A program made the translations under genes and the position numbers. Shown piece after piece: positions 44,281 through 52,314 of a DNA stretch of 64,000 bases. Source of the DNA: an uncultured Bacteroidales bacterium (GTDB lineage: Bacteria; Bacteroidota; Bacteroidia; Bacteroidales; UBA932); the NCBI GenBank assembly GCA_900316525.1, contig ONDF01000008.1, positions 21,077 to 85,076 of the forward strand. The letters are read 5' to 3'. Position 1 is the stretch's first letter, and each line of letters opens with the position of its first letter. The notes below the pieces were generated by a model. The model was not told the DNA's origin and made no database searches. It saw nothing but the letters and a program-made list of their open reading frames with translations.

Positions 44281-44715
44281 ATGTTTCGCGCTATGGCCAG
44301 GATCTACGTCGCCTCCAGCTGGAGGAACCAATACTTCCCCGAAGTGGTGAAACGCCTGCGGGAGGCGGGGCACGAAGTCTACGACTTCCGCAACCCGCCC
44401 CACGGCGGCGCCGGCTTCCATTGGACCGACATCGACCCGAAGGCCCCCGAGTGGACCTACGCCCAGTACGCCGAGGGTCTCCACCACCCCCTCGCCGAGC
44501 GCCAGTTCCAGGCCGACATCGACGCCCTCACCTGGGCCGACACCTGCGTCCTCGTCCTTCCCTGCGGCCGCAGCGCCCACACCGAAGCCGGCTGGATGGC
44601 CGGCGCCGGCAAGCGCGTGGTCGCCTACATCCCCGAAATGGTCGAACCCGAACTCATGTACAAGCTCTTCGCCAGCGTCGCAGGAAGTCTGGAGGAGTTG
44701 GTGGAAAAACTGTAA
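44281..44715 (+). CDS. nucleoside 2-deoxyribosyltransferase-like (NDT/DUF4406-like flavodoxin-fold) protein
   Basis: IYVASSW near the N-terminus, and ...DALTWADTCVLVLPCGRSAHTEAGWMAGAGKRVVAY matching the NDT-like pattern (delayed acidic residue + GK). The start may be 44293 (MARIYV). Confidence 0.45.
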   Translation: MFRAMARIYVASSWRNQYFPEVVKRLREAGHEVYDFRNPPHGGAGFHWTDIDPKAPEWTYAQYAEGLHHPLAERQFQADIDALTWADTCVLVLPCGRSAHTEAGWMAGAGKRVVAYIPEMVEPELMYKLFASVAGSLEELVEKL

Positions 44716-44728
44716 CCCTAACCCCAGC

Positions 44729-45184
44729 TCAGAACCCGGGCTGGGTGATGTGGAGGGTGCCGTAGAGGTGGTTGGACGTGTCCACGGTGATGCGGCCGGT
44801 GAAGGGGCAGGGGAGATTCTTGGGATTGAAGGCCTCGAACTCGTCCAGGGCGGCGCGGGGGATGTAGCCGATCAGCTTGCCATCGGCCCGGACCACCGCC
44901 TGCGCCCGCGGATCGTGCGCATTGTCCGGCTCCGCCCGGACCACCCCGCGGATGGGCCCGATATCCACCAGCGAACAATAGTACCGCAGCCCCGCGATCT
45001 CCGCCTCCATCGTCTTCCGCGCATTCGTCCGCGGCTCCGGCCTCGGCGCCGAAGCCGGCGCCTGCTTCTCCGCCAGATACTGCCGCTCGCTCCCGCTCCG
45101 CTGGTCATACCTCCGGTCATGGTCATCCCGGAAAATGAGGAACAGGGCAACAATCACAACAGCGGCAAGAACGAAGTAGAACAT
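44729..45184 (-). CDS. membrane-anchored HIRAN domain protein
   Basis: N-terminal TM helix MFYFVLAAVVIVALFLIF, with a C-terminal IAGLRYY...RAEPDNAHDPRAQAVVRADGKLIGYIPR (HIRAN signature). Confidence 0.7.
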   Translation of the reverse strand: MFYFVLAAVVIVALFLIFRDDHDRRYDQRSGSERQYLAEKQAPASAPRPEPRTNARKTMEAEIAGLRYYCSLVDIGPIRGVVRAEPDNAHDPRAQAVVRADGKLIGYIPRAALDEFEAFNPKNLPCPFTGRITVDTSNHLYGTLHITQPGF

Positions 45185-45214
45185 AGGAAAGCGGGTTTTT
45201 GCAAAGGTAATGTT

Positions 45215-45562
45215 TTAATTCTTCATCAGAATCTTGTCGATAGGTTTTCCTTTCGCGAGGTCATCGACAAGCTTGTCAAGAATCCGGAGGTCGCGCATGC
45301 GAGGATCCTCGATCTCCTCCACCCGAATGCCGCAAATCCTACCCTTCACCAGGAACCGGGCCGGATTCATCCTAGGCGCCTGATCCAGGAACTCCCCATA
45401 CGTAGCCGAATCGCTACTCAACAGGGCCCGCAACTCCTCCTCGGAATAGCCCGTAAGCCACCCCGTCACCGCAAAAACCTCCCCCTCCGTCCGCCCCTTC
45501 CTCACCGCCTTGGCGATGAGCAGGGGAAACACCTTGGAGAATTTCATTTCGAATATGTCCAT
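45215..45562 (-). CDS. DUF2200 family protein
   Basis: 115 aa. MKFSKVFPLLIAKAVRKGRTEGEV...WLTGY...PRMRDLRILDKLVDDLAKGKP fits the DUF2200 pattern as I recall it. Confidence 0.6.
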   Translation of the reverse strand: MDIFEMKFSKVFPLLIAKAVRKGRTEGEVFAVTGWLTGYSEEELRALLSSDSATYGEFLDQAPRMNPARFLVKGRICGIRVEEIEDPRMRDLRILDKLVDDLAKGKPIDKILMKN

Positions 45563-45601
45563 AGTGGGTCAAAGATAGTGAATAACACTGAAGGGGCAGG
45601 C

Positions 45602-46732
45602 TCAGTGGGATAGTTTGGCTATGGCAGGAAGGAACTTTTCACAGGTCTCTTCCACCTCTTTGATGATGGTCCGACAAGTCGATTCGGGGATGCGAATATC
45701 TGTGCCGGCTTTCAGCACCAAGTCGAAGCCCGGATTTCCGTTATAAAAAAGGGATGTGGCATGCTCGCCATTCGAACCCAAGGGAGAATAGGTGATATCA
45801 TAGGCGGGAGCTAGGGACCATTTCCCGTCATCGCAGAGGAAAGAGAAGTTCTTTGCATGGTCATCTTTGTTGACGGCTACGAGGTTCATCACCATCCTGC
45901 GGAACATCTCTTCCACCTGGTCCGGATCCTGAGTCAAGAATCCGGTCAAGGCCAGCAGATTGGTGTAGTCGACATCCTGCTTGCGGAAATCTGTTTTCAG
46001 AAGCGCGGCGGCCGTCACGACATGCCGTTTCTTCCCATCGGGCGCAAAGTCGAACCTTTCGATGGCGAAGTATCGGTCTTTCACCAAGCCGATCCGGGGA
46101 ATCGTGATTCCACACGCGCGAGCCGTCTTCATATACAGGAATTCGCTCTTGCCGATGTCCTCCGGGTCATACACATGGCGGAACTTGACGAGCCAGTGTG
46201 AGCCATCTTGGTTCCTCAGGGCGGTTTTTGGTCGGGCTCCACCGGAATTGGCGCTATTATAATACAGATACGACTCGTCTCCGGCCCCTTTTTCCGCGAG
46301 TACCTTCAAGGCCTCTTCTTGCAGATTATCCAATTGCGCGATGTCTTCCAGTTCCTTTTGGGCATGGAACCCTGTCATCATGGGAAGGTAAGTCAATGCT
46401 CCCATTCCTGCCGTTCCAATGATTGAGAGGCGCTGCAGGGGATTCAACTCAATGAGCGAGGTGTTTTGTTTTCGGAGCATCCGGTCAAGCAGATACAAGC
46501 CGTAGCCGTCCGGGAGGCTGTCCTCAAAGACGGCAAATCCTCCTCCGAACTTGTCTTTGTCGGCATAGAAAAGACCGCTTTGCAGGGGAAGTTCAGTAGG
46601 GGATAGGGAAAAACCGTTGGCAAGCCAACCCTTGTCATATTCAAATACGCAGACGCCATTGGCCGGGTCCCTCTGCAAAGTACCTACGGGCTCGTCCCGG
46701 AGCAGGACATTGATTTTCTTGATATCAATCAT
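45602..46732 (-). CDS. hipA: type II toxin HipA-family Ser/Thr kinase
   Basis: N-terminal coupling domain (INVLLRDEPVGTL...) and a catalytic loop NKDDHAKNFSF. 4-bp overlap with the upstream HTH gene. Confidence 0.9.
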   Translation of the reverse strand: MIDIKKINVLLRDEPVGTLQRDPANGVCVFEYDKGWLANGFSLSPTELPLQSGLFYADKDKFGGGFAVFEDSLPDGYGLYLLDRMLRKQNTSLIELNPLQRLSIIGTAGMGALTYLPMMTGFHAQKELEDIAQLDNLQEEALKVLAEKGAGDESYLYYNSANSGGARPKTALRNQDGSHWLVKFRHVYDPEDIGKSEFLYMKTARACGITIPRIGLVKDRYFAIERFDFAPDGKKRHVVTAAALLKTDFRKQDVDYTNLLALTGFLTQDPDQVEEMFRRMVMNLVAVNKDDHAKNFSFLCDDGKWSLAPAYDITYSPLGSNGEHATSLFYNGNPGFDLVLKAGTDIRIPESTCRTIIKEVEETCEKFLPAIAKLSH

Positions 46733-47040
46733 CGGCCGTTCTTTCTATTCAAGTTCTTGTTGATCGCCTCGAGTTCCCGGGAGGTCGAGTACTTGGTGTG
46801 GTTGAGCAGTGCGGCCATCTCGTCGAAGTAATCAAATTCGATGACAAGCCGACAGAAGGCTTCCAGTGAAATCTTTCCTGTTCTTTCGAACCGCTCTATG
46901 GTCGGGGCGGGAATGCCGGTAAGACCGGAGAGTGTCTTCCTGCTATACCCCTTCTCCAACCGTCTCGCCCGGCAATTCTGGGCCAACCGGTCCAAAAGCA
47001 TTTGTGGGTTTCGAGTATAATTATCTAGCCGATATTCCAT
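46729..47040 (-). CDS. XRE-family HTH protein, HipB-like antitoxin
   Basis: RRLEKGYSRKTLSGLTGIPAPTIERFERTGKISLEAF is an XRE-type HTH. The gene is translationally coupled to hipA. Confidence 0.75.
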   Translation of the reverse strand: MEYRLDNYTRNPQMLLDRLAQNCRARRLEKGYSRKTLSGLTGIPAPTIERFERTGKISLEAFCRLVIEFDYFDEMAALLNHTKYSTSRELEAINKNLNRKNGR

Positions 47041-47059
47041 AATATAGTATTAAAAAAGC

Positions 47060-47067
47060 CAAAATTA
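47060..47067 (-). promoter_or_regulatory. -7 promoter box TAATTTTG (minus strand) for hipBA, next to an 11-bp palindrome ACATATTATGT (47078-47088)
   Basis: The reverse complement of caaaatta matches TAnnTTTG 20 nt upstream of the hipB-like start. The adjacent perfect palindrome is a possible operator. Confidence 0.4.
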
Positions 47068-47132
47068 TGGCGATATGACATATTATGTTATGCAAATATA
47101 GTAAATAATACTGACATAAGCAAGGTAACGTA

Positions 47133-47368
47133 CGGGAAGGTTGCCGGGCGGCGGGGCGGGCCTGCGGAATGACGGATTTCAGCTATTCGCGTAGGCGGGA
47201 AGGCGCTTGACCGCCGAACTCGCTCACTTAGTCCCGCAAGCGGGCCTAAGTAGCGCTCAAACAAACGGCGTCATCCCGTTCCGGGACCGCTGCCTTCCCG
47301 CCTGCTCACTAGCAGCTGAAATCCGGATTCCGCAGTCCCATCCCCGCCGCCACGATCGAACCTTCCCG
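47133..47368. repeat. long imperfect-palindrome (foldback) element, copy A, nested inside a 28-nt hairpin
   Basis: Nested inverted repeats run across 236 nt. The outer 18+10 nt are identical to the hairpin at 50189-50216, and the core 47161-47335 aligns with the reverse complement of 52345-52517. Confidence 0.85.
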
Positions 47369-47553
47369 AAAGGCCCATGAAAAGCGAGCGCGGACCAACC
47401 CGGCACCCACGCCTTCTATGGGCGCACGCCCCGCTTTAGGCCCATTCTAAGTGGCCTATAAAGCGGGCAAATGAGGCTCTCAGGCCGTAGAAAGGAAATT
47501 CTTCCGCGCTCGGTTTTTATGACGAGGGCGAGGGAGGGAAACAGGATTCAATG

Positions 47554-50118
47554 TTAGAACCCAATCTTCTTTCTCGGGGTGCGGTAGGTGGAGTTGAGGT
47601 TCACAAACTTGGTTTCGAGGTAGTCGCAGCCGTATTTCTCGTTGGAGCAGGCCAGGACGGAATAGGGATTGCCGTTGACGGCCTTGCCGGTCTTGACAAC
47701 CTTGATACGGCCGCAGTGGCATTTGGGGCAACGTTCCGGTTCCGGGATATCTGCGCTGGGCTTGATGTCCGGATTGAGGGTCGGGACAAACTCTAGAACA
47801 AACGGCGAAGGCTTGTTGATGTCATAAAGTACCCAAGTATGCTTCTTTGCCCGGGTGATGCCCACATAAAAAATGCGGCGCTCTTCGCTGAAAGCATAGG
47901 CGTCCGGTTCGCTGAGGACGTATTTGAGGATCGGACTGTCACTGATCTGAGAAGGGAATCCAATTACGCCGCTGTTGCAGTTAAGAAGAATCACGTAATC
48001 GCATTCGAGCCCCTTGGACTGATGGACAGTCATAAAATCCATCTTACGCCGACCATAACTAACGTAAACTTTATCCTTCGTGTCGTGAACCTTCAAGTCC
48101 GTGTTTTTAAGAACGTTCACGTCGAAATGATAGCGTCCTAACAAGAGAATCTCTTTGTCCGCAGGGATTTGATCTGCCAGATATTTGATGGTTTCAGCGA
48201 TGCTTTCATAGCCATCCGTTGACAAGAAATCAAGTTCCGTTTCCGCGTCAATACTGAAGGAACGGACACTTTTGACCGCTTGCTCCGGATTGGCAAGGAT
48301 GAACCGGGAAGATTCCTCGATCGCCGGCTCGCCAAATCGGTAGGTGGTTTCCATCAAGCATTTCTTGGTGAACCCGAAGAACTTTTCAAATTGCTTGAAG
48401 AGCGCCATATCACTCCCGGCAAATCGGTATATGGACTGCCAATCATCACCCACGCAGAACAACTTCGTGAGCGGTTTCTCGCGCCTGAGTGACTGTAGGA
48501 AGCGATACCTGTCCAAAGAGATGTCTTGGAACTCGTCGACCAGGATATAGTCATAGTCCGGCTTGTGCCCATGGTTGCACAAATCCGTCGCTTTGATGAT
48601 GGCGTCGGTAAAGTCTATCTCGTCAAACTCCTCTTCCAACTGCCGATACGCCTCCACATAGGGAGCAATGATTTCGTTAAGGATGAAACGATCGGGCCCC
48701 ATCGCGACTTTCTGACGGATATCATCCAAAGAAGCCCCTCTGGACTTCAAAAGGAAGATGAAAGATTTGAGCATCCCCAGGATGTTCTCCTCTTGCCGGA
48801 GCAATTCTCGGGAGACATCCTTGGATGTCGATTTGCTGAAGACTGCACCTAAATCCAGCAGCTGCTTCGAAAGCTTCTCAAAGACATCGCCGCGATGGAA
48901 ATCTGCGCTTGATGTCTCAATGAGAATCGTTCCGCGGTCGCTATGACATTTTCTTTTCCAACTTATTCCTTCCAGATATTCGATCTCATCGTAGAACGTG
49001 AACCACGGAGGGCAATGCCCATCTTCATTGACCGCAAAATGCTCCAGATAAACACGCTTCAGAGAGCCGTCCGGTCCATCGATGTAAATCGAGAAATCGG
49101 GTTTGTACTGCCGATAATTCGCATCCGCCGTATGGAACTCGTAGTTCTCTTCATAGCGGAACTTGACACCGCGCGACCCAAGAAAGTCACAGATTTGGCT
49201 CTCTTCATCCGACTTGCAGAAAACGGGCTTCCCATCCATATCCTTGAAAAAAGCCTGGATCCCTTGCTTCTGCCGATCGAGCATATAGGCCTCTCGAGAG
49301 GTATACTCGAACTGATCCTTCATCGTGTAACGGGACCGGATGATGTAATCGCCAATAGCTGTGCGGAAAGCCGGGCTCTTTTCGGACAATTTGTAATAAA
49401 CCTGCACCGGGAAGTCCTCGTCCGTAATCGAAGGCTTTTCCCCCGTGGCTTCGCCAATGATATCCAACGCCAGTTTATGGAAAGTCCGACACTTCAACTT
49501 TTTCTCCCCCAACCGCTCCGACAACGACTGCGCCGCCTTGCGGGTGAAAGTAATCAAAAGAATCTTCTCGGCCGGAACATGCTGCTTGTCGATGAGATAG
49601 CGCACCTTTCCCACCGTCGTCATTGTCTTCCCGCTCCCTGCACTACTGATTACCAGCACATTATCCTCCAGCGAAACCACCGCCTCCCGTTGCTGCGAAT
49701 CAAGCGGATAAGTCAACACCGTATCGAAATACTGCGCACAGGAAGAGAGCTGATTATCAACAAAATGACGATTATTGCTCTTCTTATGCTCCGTCGTGTC
49801 CGTCATCGCCGTGTGAAACCGACGGAACACATCCTTGTGCATAAACTCCTCAATCTCCTTACTATTGAGTACCGGTTGGACTTCCGAGTCTAAATCACGA
49901 TAATCCTCCAACAGGGACAATCGTTCGGTCTCGGTAATGTAGTGATTGAAATTGTATAGCGACTTGATCTCTGCAAACGCTTTTTCAACCTCCGGCTTCA
50001 ATCGGTTGAAGATTTCCAACCGCTCCTGACGCTTCTTCTCCTTGATCCGCGGCCGAACGGAAAGCATCAGCCAGAGGATGATGGCGAGAAAGGGGATTAT
50101 CAGGAGGAGCCAAAGCAT
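47554..50118 (-). CDS. HelD (helicase IV)-like UvrD/Rep-family SF1 helicase with N-terminal TM anchor and C-terminal C4 zinc ribbon
   Basis: Start set at MLWLLLIIPFLAIILWLML within ORF 47554..50223. Walker A SSAGSGKT, TFHKLA, Walker B LVDEFQDIS, VHQSKGLECDYVIL and YVGITRAK. Internal SDEESQICDFLGSRGVKFRYEENY...YKPDFSIY...YLEHF (helicase IV-type nuclease-like insert). C-terminal CPKCHCG...ACSNEKYGC. Confidence 0.85.
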   Translation of the reverse strand: MLWLLLIIPFLAIILWLMLSVRPRIKEKKRQERLEIFNRLKPEVEKAFAEIKSLYNFNHYITETERLSLLEDYRDLDSEVQPVLNSKEIEEFMHKDVFRRFHTAMTDTTEHKKSNNRHFVDNQLSSCAQYFDTVLTYPLDSQQREAVVSLEDNVLVISSAGSGKTMTTVGKVRYLIDKQHVPAEKILLITFTRKAAQSLSERLGEKKLKCRTFHKLALDIIGEATGEKPSITDEDFPVQVYYKLSEKSPAFRTAIGDYIIRSRYTMKDQFEYTSREAYMLDRQKQGIQAFFKDMDGKPVFCKSDEESQICDFLGSRGVKFRYEENYEFHTADANYRQYKPDFSIYIDGPDGSLKRVYLEHFAVNEDGHCPPWFTFYDEIEYLEGISWKRKCHSDRGTILIETSSADFHRGDVFEKLSKQLLDLGAVFSKSTSKDVSRELLRQEENILGMLKSFIFLLKSRGASLDDIRQKVAMGPDRFILNEIIAPYVEAYRQLEEEFDEIDFTDAIIKATDLCNHGHKPDYDYILVDEFQDISLDRYRFLQSLRREKPLTKLFCVGDDWQSIYRFAGSDMALFKQFEKFFGFTKKCLMETTYRFGEPAIEESSRFILANPEQAVKSVRSFSIDAETELDFLSTDGYESIAETIKYLADQIPADKEILLLGRYHFDVNVLKNTDLKVHDTKDKVYVSYGRRKMDFMTVHQSKGLECDYVILLNCNSGVIGFPSQISDSPILKYVLSEPDAYAFSEERRIFYVGITRAKKHTWVLYDINKPSPFVLEFVPTLNPDIKPSADIPEPERCPKCHCGRIKVVKTGKAVNGNPYSVLACSNEKYGCDYLETKFVNLNSTYRTPRKKIGF

Positions 50119-50188
50119 ATGTAAAGATAGTGATTTTGGATCCAAGAAAAGATTGCTACGCGGATAATGTCGATGTGCGGGGAAACCG

Positions 50189-50216
50189 CGGGAAGGTTGC
50201 CGGGCGAACCTTCCCG
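50189..50216. repeat. compact GC-rich hairpin (apparent empty site of element A) in the divergent intergenic region
   Basis: cgggaaggtt-gccgggcg-aaccttcccg: a 10-bp perfect stem with an 8-nt loop. Confidence 0.8.
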
Positions 50217-50234
50217 TAATCAATCTTTTTTTGC

Positions 50235-50242
50235 TATTTTTG
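50235..50242 (+). promoter_or_regulatory. -7 promoter box TATTTTTG for the DUF2075 gene
   Basis: Matches TAnnTTTG, 10 nt upstream of the ATG at 50253. Confidence 0.4.
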
Positions 50243-50252
50243 TAACGTCCCT

Positions 50253-52310
50253 ATGCCGCGTTACTATTATAGCGAATCGGTAGCCGAGTTTCTTGCTCGG
50301 CCGGCGGAGGCTATACTGGGGACCATGGATCAGGTGAATGAGTTTGACTTGACTATGGATCAGCGCAATGCGTGGTTGGAGGAGTTCGATATTATGAAGA
50401 GTGCGCTGGGAGCAATGGGGGAGGACGGTCAAATTCTGTTCGAATATACCATTCCGCGTCTAGGGAAACGAGTCGATGTTGTCCTCCTCATGAGGGGCGT
50501 GGTTTTCGCCATTGAGTTCAAGGTTGGTGCGGAGGCGTTCTTGGTCAATGACAAGGAGCAAGTCTGGGATTATGCGCTGGATTTAAAGAACTTCCACGAG
50601 GAGAGCCGAGATCGAGTCATCGTTCCAATTCTTGTGGCAACAGAGGCCCCCAAGCGGGATTGTTCGATGGGACAGGCCATCTTCAGCTATTACGATGACC
50701 ACGTCTATTATCCGCTATTCAGTAATGCGGATACACTGTTGCCCATCCTTCAGAGAGTCCTGAACGAAATAGATCCGCAACCGGCCTTGGACGCGCACGA
50801 ATGGACCTTCAGCCGGTATAGCCCGACTCCGACGATCATCCAAGCAGCATCTGCGCTGTATATGAATCACAGCGTTGCAGATATCACCAAGCATGAGGCT
50901 GATAAGGCTGGAATCGACAGCTGCACGGCGTTCATTTTGGACATTATCAAGCAATCGAAGGAAAACCACCAGAAGAGCATTTGCTTTGTGACCGGAGTTC
51001 CCGGCGCGGGGAAGACACTCGTCGGTTTAAACGTCGCAATTCAACAAGAAGAAGGCGATTTGGCGGTTTATCTTTCCGGTAACGGACCGCTTGTGAAAGT
51101 GCTTACCGAAGCTTTGGCTCGAGACAAGGTTCAGAAGGAGAAAGATCGCGGCCGCCGATGCACAAAGACCGAAGCAGAGCGTCAGGTAAGCCGATTTATC
51201 CAGATCATTCACCGCTACCGGGATAACATGCTGGGAAAGCTGAAGATGCCCATCCGAGACGGACAGATTGAACTTGATCCGGCAAAGATTTCCAAAGCGG
51301 CTGAAAAGAGCGCAGCGGAGGTGGAGAACGTAGCCATTTTCGACGAAGCGCAGCGAATGTGGGACATGCGCCATCTGAGTGCCTGGCTTGCCAGGAAGAA
51401 GGGCGTGAACGATTTCCCCATGTCGGAAGGAGAGTTCCTCATCTGGTCGCTTGACCAGCATAAAGACTGGGCCACCATCGTCTGCCTGGTGGGTGGGGGA
51501 CAGGAGATCAACTCTGGCGAAGGCGGTATTGGTTTGTGGATCGATGCGCTTAACCATCAGTTCCCCGACTGGCAGATTTACATCTCGAACCAATTGACGG
51601 AGAAGGAATATGCTGAAGGAAATGTCAGCGCCCTACTCGCAGAGAACCCCAACGTTCATCTCCGTTCTGACCTGCACCTTGCAGTCTCTCAGCGCTCTTA
51701 CCGGGCCGAGACACTTTCCTTATTTGTTCATCAATTCTTGGATCTGGATATCGCAGCCGCCCGAAAGACTTACGACGATATAAAAGACCGCTATCCCATT
51801 GTCCTCACTCGCGATTTAGCAAAGGCCAAAGCCTGGCTCCGAGAGCACGCGCGTGGCTCAGAGCGCTACGGAATGCTTGTCTCCTCCAAAGCTTTCCGCC
51901 TGAAGCCATTAGCCATTGATATTCGTTCTCAGGCCGATATTGTTCCCTGGTTCCTAAACCCTATCACGGACATTCGTTCTTCCCTCTTCCTGGAAGACGT
52001 CGCCACAGAATTCGATATCCAAGGCCTGGAACTCGACTGGACCTGCCTTGTCTGGGATGGCGACTTCCGCTACGATCCCTACCGCCACAGCTGGCAACAC
52101 TTCAACTTCCGCTCCGACCGTTGGCAAAACATCAACATTGCCGAAGGCCGCGCCTATCAACTCAACGCCTACCGCGTCCTCCTCACCTGCGCCCGTCAAG
52201 GCATGGTCATCTGCGTCCCTGAAGGAAACCCCGATGATGCCACTCGGTTGCCAGAGTTTTATGATGGGACGTATGAGTTGTTTAAGGAGTTGGGGTTGAG
52301 GGAGATTTAG
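50253..52310 (+). CDS. DUF2075-type protein: N-terminal PD-(D/E)xK-like nuclease module + SF1-like P-loop NTPase
   Basis: FEYTIPRLGKRVDVVLLMRGVVFAIEFKVG (D...ExK), Walker A GVPGAGKT and Walker B IFDEAQRMW, with a C-terminal helicase-like region. Confidence 0.8.
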   Translation: MPRYYYSESVAEFLARPAEAILGTMDQVNEFDLTMDQRNAWLEEFDIMKSALGAMGEDGQILFEYTIPRLGKRVDVVLLMRGVVFAIEFKVGAEAFLVNDKEQVWDYALDLKNFHEESRDRVIVPILVATEAPKRDCSMGQAIFSYYDDHVYYPLFSNADTLLPILQRVLNEIDPQPALDAHEWTFSRYSPTPTIIQAASALYMNHSVADITKHEADKAGIDSCTAFILDIIKQSKENHQKSICFVTGVPGAGKTLVGLNVAIQQEEGDLAVYLSGNGPLVKVLTEALARDKVQKEKDRGRRCTKTEAERQVSRFIQIIHRYRDNMLGKLKMPIRDGQIELDPAKISKAAEKSAAEVENVAIFDEAQRMWDMRHLSAWLARKKGVNDFPMSEGEFLIWSLDQHKDWATIVCLVGGGQEINSGEGGIGLWIDALNHQFPDWQIYISNQLTEKEYAEGNVSALLAENPNVHLRSDLHLAVSQRSYRAETLSLFVHQFLDLDIAAARKTYDDIKDRYPIVLTRDLAKAKAWLREHARGSERYGMLVSSKAFRLKPLAIDIRSQADIVPWFLNPITDIRSSLFLEDVATEFDIQGLELDWTCLVWDGDFRYDPYRHSWQHFNFRSDRWQNINIAEGRAYQLNAYRVLLTCARQGMVICVPEGNPDDATRLPEFYDGTYELFKELGLREI

Positions 52311-52314
52311 TTAG

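Noticed and set aside
47133-47520. Retron msr/msd-like or omega/reRNA-like guide RNA
   Set aside because: There is no reverse transcriptase, TnpB or IscB ORF anywhere in the window. The long hairpin alone is insufficient.
50220-50432. ORF 50220..50432(-) and ORF 47480..47731(-), small ORFs in or overlapping the cassette
   Set aside because: They overlap strongly supported genes or the structured intergenic repeats. They have no motifs, and their composition is consistent with out-of-frame or antisense translation.
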